DNA of 63,971 nt, filler included, from Barthelona sp. PAP020 (Eukaryota): NCBI GenBank assembly GCA_040182905.1. It is 5 parts of 5 records of this genome, joined end to end, with 100 filler letters (N's around TTAATTAATTAA, not from the genome) between each part and the next. Parts side by side here need not be neighbours in the genome. Positions count along the whole stretch, not along the records: positions 1 to 13,921 come from JARQWU010000313.1; positions 14,022 to 27,842 come from JARQWU010000314.1; 3 more parts are not named here. One strand, written 5' to 3'. The position numbers were made by a program, and so were the translations under genes. The notes under the pieces were generated by a model, which was given only the letters and a program-made list of their open reading frames with translations, had not been told where the DNA came from and did not search any database. Of this stretch, positions 10,901-21,511 are shown piece by piece. Numbering within the stretch: position 1 is the stretch's first letter; every line of letters begins with the position of its first letter.

Positions 10901-13558
10901 TGTTGTCAGGGTTTAAATTCAGAGAGATTTGAATCAAATGAGACGTTTAATTTCTTGTATTTATTGATCAATTTTTATTCTTATTGTCCAATGAAGCAAA
11001 GAAAAGAAATACTACCATTATTGTTGAGCTATTTGAATAAATACCAAAACTACCCTTTGTATGACATTTTAAAAGATTATTTATTCAGATATGCCATTTC
11101 AGAATTTCCTTCTTTTCATCGTTTACCTGTTTTAGATCCTTTTGAGATTGATATCAACAATATAAACATGAAAGAAAACATGAAAATGTCAGCTTCTTCT
11201 TCTTCCAAAAGATCAATATCAGTTAATATTAATGGCGATCAAACAACAAATGATTTTCATGATTTTTCGTTCTTTAATCTTGCCAAAGGCAAATTACATA
11301 CTTTTCAAGATATTAAACCAATAAAACATAAGACAAGAGGAAAGAATAAAATTCATGAAAATTTACAGAAAATTGTTCAAAGAAATTGGATTGGAATGAC
11401 AAGAGGCTTTGTATTTTCAGTGTTAATAAATGAAAGTCGTGCCATCAGAATTCAAATTAGAACACCTTTTGATTCTTATGAATATACAACGGGATTAATG
11501 CCACCATTACCCATTCAATCAAGGGGAATTTTAAGTGCGAGTGCATTTTTTCCTTTTGCAAGATTTGGTCAAAAAAAATCTGTGGTACATTCAAATAATC
11601 CCGAAGAAGATAAAAAAGAAGTTATATATGGGTTGATGAATGAAATTTCTAAAGTTTATACTAATCAACATCAAAACATAGAATTTAACAGTAGAATTAC
11701 TGGATTTATTGATCCAACTTTAAATATGTCAGATGATGAAACACATAGTAACATGACTACCTCTTCTTTAAGCCGTTCAAATTCTTTTGTTCAACAAGCC
11801 CAACAATCTGATTTCTTGTTGTCTGAATCGTTAAGTCATGCGTTTGATTCAATGTCAAATTTGCCGAATTCACTACCAAACACGTTTCATAGAAAAAAAC
11901 CGTTGCAAGATTTAAAGAATTACAGTTCGTTTGTTGGTTCCTTGCCAATAACCCCTTTAGTCGAGCAAGAAGATAATCCTACTTCTTCAATTCCTGTGTT
12001 CTTTGACAGTGATAATGATGTCAATAACATTAATGTTTCAGCTGCTAATAATGGAACAGGAACTGGAATGATGGGTAATGATGGGATTAAAGATGACGAT
12101 ATAACAGATGAAGATGAATGGATACAAATAGATTATGAAAATTCTCCTCAATCGTCTGCAGAATTCGTTCACAAGAAGAAGTCTCCAAAAGATACTCAAG
12201 CCTTGAATAGATCTGAGCTTTTAAACACGGGTTTAGGACCTGGGGTAGTTATCAACAATAAAAATATTGATAATGGCGATGATGATGATGATGAGGAAAA
12301 TGAGCTCTTGAAGACATATGAACCAATGTTTTACGAAAGCGATGTGGATATTGAAGAAGACAACAATTTGTTCATCCCTAATAATAATATGAGACAATCT
12401 TCAAAAAAACATGTTGAAACAGTTATTGTTGATGCATTTGGAACCAATACCACAAAGAAAGAAAACGAAAGCATTGATAAAACACAAAACTCCATTAATA
12501 GCAATGCTAAAGTAAAAATACAGGCTGTTTATCTTCCTGTACATGCTACATTACGTAATGCGGGACCAGAAATTCAAGCAAATCCTGTTATTCAAGCTGT
12601 TACATTAGGTATCAGAGAGTTAACGAATATTGAACGTGAATTCCCGGAAGATTTATTTTTTTCTCACATTGATCCTGCAGTGTTAATATATTTGTTTCAA
12701 GAAAACGATTTTCGAAGCATTCCTTCTGATGACCGTGTTAAAAGAGCCATCAAGGTTTTGGATTCAATACCTGCTATTGAAACTCACAAAGTAGGTCTCT
12801 TGCACATAACCAAAGATTTCATGGATGAAAGCGATTTCTACCGTTGCACAACACCCTCTTCAGGTTTGTTGGAATTTACTCAATTACTGGGAAAATATAT
12901 TCCAATAACTGAATGTCTAGATATGTACACAGGAGGATTAAGTAAAAATGGCAATGATGGTGATTACATATTAATGTTCTTCAATAAATTTGTTCAAATA
13001 GTTTATCATACCCCATTTTTGATACCTAATTTTCCAGAAGATCCTGAGTTTGTTCGAAAGAAACGACATGTTGGTAATGATTTTGTCGTTGTCTTTTATA
13101 TTGATGCCAATGTAGAGGAAATACCCAAAGAAACACCAATTGTATCTCAATTTGCTTGGTTAGAAATTTATGTTCAACCTATTCGAGAATATAACGAACA
13201 GTCTCTGTCTAGTCTTAATAACACTAGAATATATCGTGCATGGACAAGATTATCTTCAAAAGTGCCAAAAGAACTTGAAATACCATTAAATAGCCTGATG
13301 TTGAATGAGTCCAGGGTGCTCTCACATCATGCTATTGGGGCATATATTAGAGATACTGCTTTACAAGCAAATAGATTATGTGTGATTCATGGTGTGCCTT
13401 CTGAATCAATGAAACATTGTTATTTGTCAAAATGGTACAGTAGAAAAGAACATGTTTTGTCGATGTGTAAAAGATTTGAGAACAATTTGCCGATCGATAA
13501 AGATTTAGATTTGTCTGAGGAGGACGAAAAGTTGTTGAGATTGATGAGAGTTCTTTGA
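7985..13558 (+). CDS. TSC2: Tuberin (TSC2)-like Rap/Ran-GAP domain protein
   Basis: 1857 aa with a helical N-terminus. C-terminal GAP motifs LDSIPAIETHKVG, YTGGL and KKRHVGNDFV (Asn thumb). A RalGAP-alpha identity is not excluded. Confidence 0.75.
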   Translation: MWAKCQALIDLANQTLIIMPELKDVDWLCQMKKGELNIEDLPSFCSNLRMIIGVLERHSIDVAKQFLECLSFIFSAYQLPNSRICEQLWTTFIDNLGHMIPGKIRESFLRFVISFCEGQKNVFDDILLIVNNYLMEGTGGLDENKITPNERFQIFKCLTYYGVDANRFNDVIGTFCIEYVKYISHGLPFPPILLKEQIEQETNLLMIIKSNKGQLIKLLNIIDSDVIVFLRCSLKYSSAVISQQDFWHLVRIILSWCYSLVLMEENEDETKNIIQGTLLGLLSLFIDCISASGPLGSPITMQLFLLLQCMLFIYQKEIFILDYLKKGNLVEYFVASCLLFSKNTFPMQLCDEMRVFLYKFFSNSDYLKQISNSRLIFNFFENFIFCFNQTQNKDELLDVLVVLFKKLKKFPDYKIDCPNDGEFLLKFLDCEELKESLKCDENFHESFELFEKFFDEFDLFFENTVKKISLFSFDTRWKLCFVLFEFRNESYRNKAIHLLFDQLVLFSKANIQQLKVLLKNIYSTKNLDFKLLLNALTNRLLKNVHLPLLLDIYEILSPNMYEILNMEIKSHLNTKPSALMMALNNFLVSSLSMFNIRLNVEGCLKKYLKFLNDMLLIRQKNEYYEREALIYLVRLFVSRLIHNDNTNVLTLFKKIISINLKSNYVLEVYSSFVCMLRSDSNKRWFFLILKDEIIEKFPGLVDDLQRLNVDRHYSFENYFIVGPSLSHFFEIEIKHLCYKSILNLINVNPFNTQKVAIVFSALEQLVFFPETFLIDGLNACSNICSQIINLMSRGIFDKDPEGIRPYGQALVVLDSLISLFPVIQTNVRTKLFKLLEIIFRIIDSQDLSNILNDALNLFMNFAYTILDYCQTIDSEYHNFSESELNNFDDGISDLDSMNSVLKRLGSTKIQLLIWLINFFKGYLFKYYHTIASSSPLYFSHLNFLFMKTLNYCDIDIINYLKVNNFFKNFLIICCQGLNSERFESNETFNFLYLLINFYSYCPMKQRKEILPLLLSYLNKYQNYPLYDILKDYLFRYAISEFPSFHRLPVLDPFEIDINNINMKENMKMSASSSSKRSISVNINGDQTTNDFHDFSFFNLAKGKLHTFQDIKPIKHKTRGKNKIHENLQKIVQRNWIGMTRGFVFSVLINESRAIRIQIRTPFDSYEYTTGLMPPLPIQSRGILSASAFFPFARFGQKKSVVHSNNPEEDKKEVIYGLMNEISKVYTNQHQNIEFNSRITGFIDPTLNMSDDETHSNMTTSSLSRSNSFVQQAQQSDFLLSESLSHAFDSMSNLPNSLPNTFHRKKPLQDLKNYSSFVGSLPITPLVEQEDNPTSSIPVFFDSDNDVNNINVSAANNGTGTGMMGNDGIKDDDITDEDEWIQIDYENSPQSSAEFVHKKKSPKDTQALNRSELLNTGLGPGVVINNKNIDNGDDDDDEENELLKTYEPMFYESDVDIEEDNNLFIPNNNMRQSSKKHVETVIVDAFGTNTTKKENESIDKTQNSINSNAKVKIQAVYLPVHATLRNAGPEIQANPVIQAVTLGIRELTNIEREFPEDLFFSHIDPAVLIYLFQENDFRSIPSDDRVKRAIKVLDSIPAIETHKVGLLHITKDFMDESDFYRCTTPSSGLLEFTQLLGKYIPITECLDMYTGGLSKNGNDGDYILMFFNKFVQIVYHTPFLIPNFPEDPEFVRKKRHVGNDFVVVFYIDANVEEIPKETPIVSQFAWLEIYVQPIREYNEQSLSSLNNTRIYRAWTRLSSKVPKELEIPLNSLMLNESRVLSHHAIGAYIRDTALQANRLCVIHGVPSESMKHCYLSKWYSRKEHVLSMCKRFENNLPIDKDLDLSEEDEKLLRLMRVL

Positions 13559-13921
13559 AAACAAAAATTTTAAAAAATTAAAAAAAAATAATAAAAAATA
13601 TAATAATAAAAATTTGTTAAAGAATGACAGATTTGTCTTTTAATGATGTTGTTTGATATTATAAATAATTTTAGTCGTTTATTTTTGTAGGATTAAGAAA
13701 TTTTAAAGGAAATACCAAATATGAAGGAAAAATGAATTGTTTCATTTTAACAGCATTAAAGAGGTTTGATCATTTTTGTGACTAAAAAACAAAGTTAATA
13801 ATTCAGATAAAGATCAAAAAAAATTGGTCCAGTTGTGAAACAACTATATTTATTTACAAAGAAAGTAAACTCAGAAAACTCATTCTAGCAAATTTCAGTC
13901 AAAATCCCAGGAGGGGAATTG

Positions 13922-14021
13922 NNNNNNNNNNNNNNNNNNNNNNNNNNNNNNNNNNNNNNNNNNNNTTAATTAATTAANNNNNNNNNNNNNNNNNNNNNNN
14001 NNNNNNNNNNNNNNNNNNNNN
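13922..14021. other. Artificial contig linker (N-TTAATTAATTAA-N)
   Basis: 100-nt N run containing a six-frame stop cassette. Confidence 0.98.
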
Positions 14022-15506
14022 CATTGCAACCAAATCAGCAACGTGTTGCAAAGAATGATATGGATTAGAAGTATAGTAACTAAATGCTACAGTTAAGATG
14101 AAATCAATTACTCTGTTGTGTGATAAGGTAAAAATTTCATGTAATTTTAATGTGATAAAAGCAATGTAAATAAAGGCTATTATCTCTCTGAAATCCTCAA
14201 ATACCAATACATTATAATCAAAATCTCCTAAAACTCCTGCTTCGGAAAATTTGTAGATGAATTCCTCTGTAGCTGCTTCATCACCAACAAAAATCTTTGA
14301 ATTAACAAGAAGATCAAACATTTCATCAGGAGTGGGTGGAAATATCGTGATTTGGTTCATTAGATCAACGAATGACGCAGTTTTAGTAATCCCAACAGTC
14401 AATGCATCTGCATATAACAAAGATTTCTCTTCGTAATTTTCAAGTACTGAACGAGTTGTTTGGTCACGAAGAATATCAAGTGTGAAATCTAAAAATTCAG
14501 GTAGATCTTCAACATTACTTCTAGTAGGACGACGCAGTATTGCTGACTTGATCACTTCAGGCGAAAGCATACTACACTCTTGACATTGGTTCTTTTTTAA
14601 TTCTTCATCCAAATAACTCTCCAAAATATCACTTGTAAATAACTCTCGTTTCATTTTGACGGGGTGATTTTGAGCACAATTTTTCCTTTCTGCAGAAGAG
14701 CGTTTTTGATCATCCAAAATCTTTTGGCTCTCAGCTTCAGACTGAGATTGATAACAACACAATTTCTTTTGGGTATTTCCGAGCAATTTCTGCAAATACT
14801 CCGTCAAAACTCGAACAAACATGCATCTAAAAAATTCCTTCACCATCAAGGGGTAATTTCCTTGTAAATTGGTAATAAATTTTACGATTCCGTTCGGCTC
14901 CAAATTGAATGGCAATCCCAAATTGTTGCATGCCAATGCTAACATGTGTTGAAAATCACAACATGAAACATAGGGGAATGGTATCAGTTCATCTTTTTCA
15001 TCAAAACAAATCTTGGAAAAATGCATCATCAACTCGTCATAAGCATCACCAGGACCAACAACAAAACCATTTGCCAAACCAGCCAAATCTCCAATACTAT
15101 GAAAAAAACTCTTCCAACCGGGAAATGAAGGCCAAATTGGTAATACCATCTCAGTAAGTTTTTCATAAGGTAAAACATAAATAGTCGCATCGTCCTTAGA
15201 ATTAAAATAAAAATTAGCCGCAAAATCATGATCAATTCTGCCAAAAAACGCTCCAGACTCTTGTGTAAATAATGGTATGGAATGATTCAATAAAAATCTG
15301 GTGAACTCCATAGAACCACTTCGAATTAAATAAATTTCATCCTTCTTTCCAAACCTTTCTTGTAAATTTGTTATATCTATATATTCAAAATCTTGATCTA
15401 AGGCAATTTTAATAGATGATCTTAAATCAAACAATGGATTGATTATATTCATTGCAAATTCGGTTGGAGTCACTTTTTGAACAACTTTTGATCCAAAACA
15501 ACCCAT
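14022..15506 (-). CDS. Class I cyclic-nucleotide phosphodiesterase with N-terminal cNMP-binding-like region, 3' truncated
   Basis: MGCFGSK acylation-type start, IYLIRSG...ESGAFFG cNMP-like segment, and NPYHSLQHVAD PDE motif at the contig end. Confidence 0.7.
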
Positions 15507-15769
15507 AGAAGTTGAAAAACAATAGAAAAAGCAAAAAAAGAAAAACAATTCAAAAGGAGGAGAACAACTGTCAATTGTTTTATTTCAATTTAATTTGAAT
15601 TTCCAACAATAAAGCAAACAATGAAAATATTTACTGATTGAAAAACAAACAAACAAGTCAAATCCATTTTTTTAAATCTTCAAACCACTTTTTCTTTTTA
15701 TCCTTGAAAAAAAGCTCTTGCCGATTTAATACAACTAATTAAAATAAAACAAAGAAAATAATAAATCAT

Positions 15770-17695
15770 TTATGATTCACACAAATTTTTTGCTTCTTGT
15801 TTGATTACTTCGATAATATTTTCGACTGAAGAGGATACTGACAAATTTTTTTTAATATCCTTCCTTAAACCTTTCATTTTTTCCAAATATTCCTCTTGAA
15901 TTGGATATTTTGATAAAACCATTTTTTCTGCATTTTTAACTTCCATCATAACATTGTTTGGCATTTTTACCCATTGTTTTGTTGATTTTATTGACATTTC
16001 AACCAAACTAATGGTTTTTGTTCTATCTTTACCAGAAATAGTGCCTACCGTTTTTGCAATTGGTTCCCTTTTGATCAATTGAATTTTTGAATCAACATTT
16101 AATCTCTCATTAGCCAGATTATAAAGACGATTATCTCTTATTTGTTCACCTCTTCTTATTTGTAAAATTGCTTGGGATATTTCACTGTCACTATATTCAA
16201 CTTTGGTTTTGTTGTCGTCATATACAAAATATTTAGCCTCTTTTAACCTTTGTAAATCATCAGAATTAAGTTTATTTGCATATTTTCTTCTTTGAATGTC
16301 ATCAAGCGTTTTTTTTGCTTGTCTATACTGTGCCAGCTTTAATTTATACGCCATAGCATTTTGACAGTAACAACAAGGAACATTACTCTTGTCACCATGC
16401 CTGCAATCATATTCATCATTTGTTGCTGAAAAGAAATCTAATATTTCTTTGCGCTTACACTTCTCCATAAGACAAAAATTAACAACACTCTTCAAAGAAA
16501 GTTTCAACTGTTCCATAGAATTGATTTTCTTCCTCAAAATGATACGCAAATTTTCCTCTTCAATTGGCGTATCATTCAACTTCTTTAAATATCCTTTGAT
16601 CTCACTGTCATAAAAGAACTCATATTTCTTCAAAATTCTATCATCATAAAAAACGATTGCTTCAGAATAATTACCATCTCTTCCTGCACGACCAGTCATT
16701 TGGTACAATGCTTCCATAGTTTTAGGCATGTCATAATGCACAACATATTGAATAATCTCATCAATTCCCATCCCAAACGCGATGGTCGCAACAACAACAT
16801 CCACCTTCCCTTGATTAAAATCGCGTTGGATCATTTGCTTCTCTTTTGAGTTTTTTCTTGCATGGTAAGCAACAGCCTTGATTCCTTCCTTTTGCAACAA
16901 TATGGTAACCATTTCCGTAGAATCAATCATGTGACAATAAATTATTCCTTTTTTTGATGTTTTGGATGATTTTTTAACATAATCAACTAAAAATTGTTCC
17001 CTTGATGTCATAAGATTGACAAATTCAATGTTGTAATGGATATTTGGACGATTAAATCCAGTACAATATTCCTTAAATTCTTGAATACCCAATCCTACCA
17101 TAATATCTTGTTTCACTCTAGGTGTGGCAGAGGCTGTCAATGCAATAACAGGTACTGTAGGAAATAATCGATGCAATCTACTTAATTTCATATAATTTGG
17201 ACGAAAATCATAACCCCAAGACGAAATACAATGTGCTTCATCAATGACAAAATGAGATATCTGCCCATTTGAAAAGAGACACTTCAAACAATCAACCATT
17301 CTCAATGTTAATATGGTTTCAGGTGTTGTATATATAATTTTTCCTCCCATGTTATCTAAATTTCCACTATTTAATACAGTCAATATGGTATCAAATCTAG
17401 ATTTAGAGATGGAGGAATTCAAAGTATAAGCCTTTATATCATGTGCTTCCAGTGACATAATTTGATCTTCCATTAAAGCAATTAAAGGAGAAATGACGAA
17501 AGTTATTCCATCTTTCATTAATGCAGGTAATTGAAAAGTTAAACTTTTTCCACCACCAGTGGGCATAATAACCAAAACATTTTCATTATTTAAAATGTTT
17601 TCAATGATCTCTTGTTGTTTAGGACGAAATTCATCAAAGCCAAAATATCGCTTTAATGATTCATGTAAATTCCTTTTTAAATTGTTTTCATTCAT
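15770..17695 (-). CDS. RecQ-family DNA helicase
   Basis: MPTGGGKS, IDEAHCISSWGYDFRP, LTASA, ATIAFGMGID, QMTGRAGRDG and Zn-binding RQC cysteines. Confidence 0.95.
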   Translation of the reverse strand: MNENNLKRNLHESLKRYFGFDEFRPKQQEIIENILNNENVLVIMPTGGGKSLTFQLPALMKDGITFVISPLIALMEDQIMSLEAHDIKAYTLNSSISKSRFDTILTVLNSGNLDNMGGKIIYTTPETILTLRMVDCLKCLFSNGQISHFVIDEAHCISSWGYDFRPNYMKLSRLHRLFPTVPVIALTASATPRVKQDIMVGLGIQEFKEYCTGFNRPNIHYNIEFVNLMTSREQFLVDYVKKSSKTSKKGIIYCHMIDSTEMVTILLQKEGIKAVAYHARKNSKEKQMIQRDFNQGKVDVVVATIAFGMGIDEIIQYVVHYDMPKTMEALYQMTGRAGRDGNYSEAIVFYDDRILKKYEFFYDSEIKGYLKKLNDTPIEEENLRIILRKKINSMEQLKLSLKSVVNFCLMEKCKRKEILDFFSATNDEYDCRHGDKSNVPCCYCQNAMAYKLKLAQYRQAKKTLDDIQRRKYANKLNSDDLQRLKEAKYFVYDDNKTKVEYSDSEISQAILQIRRGEQIRDNRLYNLANERLNVDSKIQLIKREPIAKTVGTISGKDRTKTISLVEMSIKSTKQWVKMPNNVMMEVKNAEKMVLSKYPIQEEYLEKMKGLRKDIKKNLSVSSSVENIIEVIKQEAKNLCES

Positions 17696-17919
17696 TTCAG
17701 TTTGAGGTTTGATGTTTTAAAGGATATTAATTATTCATTTTAAAATACAATTTCTCAATTAATAAACCATTAAAAGAAAGGAAATTTTTTTTGTTTCACC
17801 TATCGATTTGAGTTATATAACTTAAATTTTATTTTACGAAATTAAATAACAGATTTTAATTAGATCAATTATATGACTTAAAACTTTGAAATTTTAACAA
17901 TTTGAATTTGAAGAATGAA

Positions 17920-20250
17920 ATGAATAATTTTACACCGAAACAAAGACAATATTATACCCCAAAACTGTATAATCAATCAAAAGATACACATGAAACAATA
18001 ACTCCACAAACTATTCAATCAACACGAACTGACAACAAAACCAACAGGCGAACATCTTCTTCAAAAACTTCAAAATCAAGACGATCAGAAAGTTCTTTTT
18101 CGTTTGAAAGAAAATCTCCGATAGATTCTTTAAAAAGAAAAATAAAGGCTCTTAATCCATACGATTATGAAATCATGTTGAATGAAGGAAAACGACAAAA
18201 ACAGCAACGTAGAAGCATTCCAAAACAGTTACCGGATGCTGAAGATATGTATAAAGAAATTCAAAATTACAAACAGATCATTGCAGAGAATATTATTGAA
18301 AAGAAGAATCAAGATACAGTTATACGTAAATTAGAACGGGAAAATACAAAGAAAGACATTGAAATTGAAAGAATCCATAACTATCATGGAAATGTTGAAG
18401 AGAGCAAAAATAAGACTTTAATAAGAAGGATGAAACAAGCCATGCGAAAATTAACTGAAGAAAATTTGTTATTACAGGATGAGTTAGAAGCGGCGAAGAA
18501 AAATCAAAAAATTCAAATAATATCTGAATTGAGGGAAAGAGTTAGTCAATTAATGGTGATGTTAGACAGATATAATGATATTTGTCTTCAATATTCCATT
18601 GATATGACAAATGGAGACATTGTAGATGCAGACCAATTCTTCAGTCAATTTTTTGAGAATTTTCCTGATTATCAAATCCCTTTGGATATGATACCATCAA
18701 GCACTTTTGATGTGCGTGTGGTTGAATTAGAAAATGAACTATTGGCAAAAGAAGAACAAATATTTGAGTTCAGAAGTTCCAATGGTATTGAGTTAATGGA
18801 AAAAGAACTGCAGTATTCAAAAGAAAAACAATTGAGATATGTTAATCGCATAGATGAATTAGAGGAAGAGATTTCAAGATTGAAGAAAGATCAGTTTTTG
18901 GATGAAGAGGAAAAGAAAAAGAGTAAACGAAGATATAGCAATGTTATCATGAATAAAAAGATGCTTGAAAAAGAGATTGAAACTTTGAAGAAAAAGAACA
19001 GTGAATTATTGATGGAGGAAAAAAAGAAAAATATTCAAATACAAGAACTTCATTCATTAATAGAAGAAAATGCTGAAAAGTTGGATAAATTGATGATTGA
19101 AAACAATAACCTCCAAAAAGAGAAAGAAAAAAAACTTGGAATGTCAGAAAGGGCAACCGAATGTACAGAATATGACGATTCATACAAAAACAATTTGAAA
19201 GAGAAACAATGTGAGATAATTGAATTAAAAGAACAGATAGAAAAGATTAATGCTGACAAAATTAAACAAAAAATACTTAGTGATAAAAATAGATCAGATA
19301 ATGAAAGCTTGACCCAAGAATTAGCAACATTAAAAGGTCATCTGGATGATAAAGACAAAAAGATATTTGATATTCAAAAAGAACTAGCAAACTCAAATAA
19401 TCTTTTGCAAATTAAATCAAAAGATTTTATTCGTTTGAAAGAAGCTGTTGAAAAACTCAAACGAAACAGTGTTGAACATAAGACAAACCCTTTATCAAAA
19501 AAAACACCAAACGATCCTTCTTCAAATTTTGGAAATTTATCACCAATGACTGAATCTACACGCTATTCATTGGGTGTGGATATTCCTAAAACTGATAGAC
19601 CAACAACAAATCCTAAACATCACGGTATTTTACCATTAGGTGAATTGATTGATTTCGACGAAAATAGTGGTGTTAATGCAAGGAAAGAAATCACAAGCGA
19701 TTCAGATGAAATTCTTAAAACAGCAAAGGAAGATTTCAACAATTCTTCAAATAATAAACGGCAATCACTTAAAAAACTGTGGATGAAGGACAAAAAAAGT
19801 GATGATAGTTCAAAAAACATACAAAATCAAAGGGCTCCTCTAGCAAATTCTGTAGATTCTGCGAATTACATCTCTACAATGGAATCTAAAATAGTCATCA
19901 AAGATGAAGATGATGATGAAGATGATGATGATGATGATGATGATGATGATAATAAGATTTCTCTTACCGATATTAAATCTCATGTTTTAGGCAAACATAT
20001 AACACCTTTTTATGATAAGTTAAGTGATGCAAGTTCAACTGATGATGAAAACAGTATAGTTTCGTCAGATGATGAGTTCTATGTGACAACTAAGAACTTT
20101 TCAAATAAGTCTCCTTCGGTTCAATCTTCGGGAATGGCTCAAAAATCTGATCAAGATGATAATAACAGCGAAAACATTAATAAAAGTAGTGATGATGATT
20201 TCTTCCATAAGACCAAAATGTCAATGAATGATTTTGAGTTCATGTTTTAA
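17920..20250 (+). CDS. Coiled-coil protein with IQCE-like N-terminal region
   Basis: EDMYKEI...IRKLERENTKKDIEIE resembles the IQCE conserved block as recalled. Long coiled coil and acidic tail. Confidence 0.5.
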   Translation: MNNFTPKQRQYYTPKLYNQSKDTHETITPQTIQSTRTDNKTNRRTSSSKTSKSRRSESSFSFERKSPIDSLKRKIKALNPYDYEIMLNEGKRQKQQRRSIPKQLPDAEDMYKEIQNYKQIIAENIIEKKNQDTVIRKLERENTKKDIEIERIHNYHGNVEESKNKTLIRRMKQAMRKLTEENLLLQDELEAAKKNQKIQIISELRERVSQLMVMLDRYNDICLQYSIDMTNGDIVDADQFFSQFFENFPDYQIPLDMIPSSTFDVRVVELENELLAKEEQIFEFRSSNGIELMEKELQYSKEKQLRYVNRIDELEEEISRLKKDQFLDEEEKKKSKRRYSNVIMNKKMLEKEIETLKKKNSELLMEEKKKNIQIQELHSLIEENAEKLDKLMIENNNLQKEKEKKLGMSERATECTEYDDSYKNNLKEKQCEIIELKEQIEKINADKIKQKILSDKNRSDNESLTQELATLKGHLDDKDKKIFDIQKELANSNNLLQIKSKDFIRLKEAVEKLKRNSVEHKTNPLSKKTPNDPSSNFGNLSPMTESTRYSLGVDIPKTDRPTTNPKHHGILPLGELIDFDENSGVNARKEITSDSDEILKTAKEDFNNSSNNKRQSLKKLWMKDKKSDDSSKNIQNQRAPLANSVDSANYISTMESKIVIKDEDDDEDDDDDDDDDDNKISLTDIKSHVLGKHITPFYDKLSDASSTDDENSIVSSDDEFYVTTKNFSNKSPSVQSSGMAQKSDQDDNNSENINKSSDDDFFHKTKMSMNDFEFMF
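19921..19950 (+). repeat. (GAT)10 coding microsatellite, poly-Asp
   Basis: Read directly from the sequence. Confidence 0.9.
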
Positions 20251-20383
20251 AACCATCAAATTCATGAATGTAATCCAATTTAATGTTTTTTTGTAACTTT
20301 TGTAAATGTATTTTTACGTTTTTTTTGACATTCTGTTCTTTCATTTAAAAAAAAAAATTATTCTTTTACTTTGAAACTTTGAA

Positions 20384-21348
20384 ATGCAAAACGATAATGC
20401 TATTGTGGAAAAGAGTATTTAATTTTATGCATTATTTTTACTAATATCAAAGTTATATCAGATTTTAATAGGAAATTAAGAAATCCCAAAATAGCTTGTG
20501 CGACAGCTGCAGTAGAAGCTATGACTGAATTTATTAAACACTCATCTGCAACAACTTTACATGAATTAAATGTACAATTAAATAATGTCATGAATAGATT
20601 ACATTCAGTTCAAATAAGTTCAAATGGCAGTAATTTTAGTCTTCAATCGGGTACAGAATTGTTTATATGTTTTGTTATGCATGTAGCCAGTGAGGTTGGA
20701 CATGATTTTGATTTATTAAAAAAACAATTAATTGAAAGAGGCACATATTTTTGTTTAAATACTAGAGAAGCTAGACCAAGAATAGCTAAATTAGCTAAAA
20801 ATTTTATAAATGATAACCATTGTGTTTTAACCATTGGTTTCTCCCGTGTTGTCATGGAATTGTTGATTGATCGTTCTAAATTCGCTAGTTTCTCAGTTTT
20901 AGTTCCAGAATCAAGGCCCAAAAACAATGGAAATGAATTTTTAGAAAAAGCAAAGATTGAATCTGGCAGAAGACTCGATATTTCTTTAATATGTGATTCA
21001 GCAGTGGCTTTTGTCTTAAATAGAGTGGATTGTGTTATTGTTGGAGCAGAAGCTGTGTGTGAATCTGGTGGTATCATAAATCAAGTAGGCACATATCAAT
21101 TGGCTTTATGTTGCAAACAACTAAATGTCCCTTTTTATGTAGCGGCAGAATCTTATAAGTTTTTAAGAAGCTTCCCACTTAGTCAACAAGATGTGCCTCA
21201 AAAAGGTTCAATGGGCTTGCCTTTTTCTGAAACTGAAAAATATTTGTTTGATTACACACCTCCTGAATTTATTACACTGATATTTACTGATTTGGGTGTA
21301 TTAACTCCATCTGGAGTTAGTGATCAATTAGTCACACTTTATACTTAA
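20384..21348 (+). CDS. EIF2B1: Translation initiation factor eIF2B alpha, two exons (20384-20414, 20453-21348)
   Basis: Spliced N-terminus MQNDNAIVEKIISDFNRKLRNPKIACATAAVEAM. Motifs VGAEAVCESGGIINQVGT, AAESYKF and DYTPP..ITLIFTDLGVLTPS. Confidence 0.92.
20415..20452 (+). other. Spliceosomal intron, 38 nt
   Basis: GTATTT...TACTAAT-ATCAAAG. Removal restores the reading frame from ATG 20384. Confidence 0.85.
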
Positions 21349-21511
21349 TTTAATAAATTGATTTTTGACATGATTTTTTTTTATTTTGTTGAAATGTACT
21401 TTTTGTCTGCTAAAAATTATTCAAAAATGTTTAAAAAAATGACCTAGATGGAAATCAAACCTGAATAAAAAAATTTATCAAAATTTTATTTAATTAAAAC
21501 TTTTATTCACG

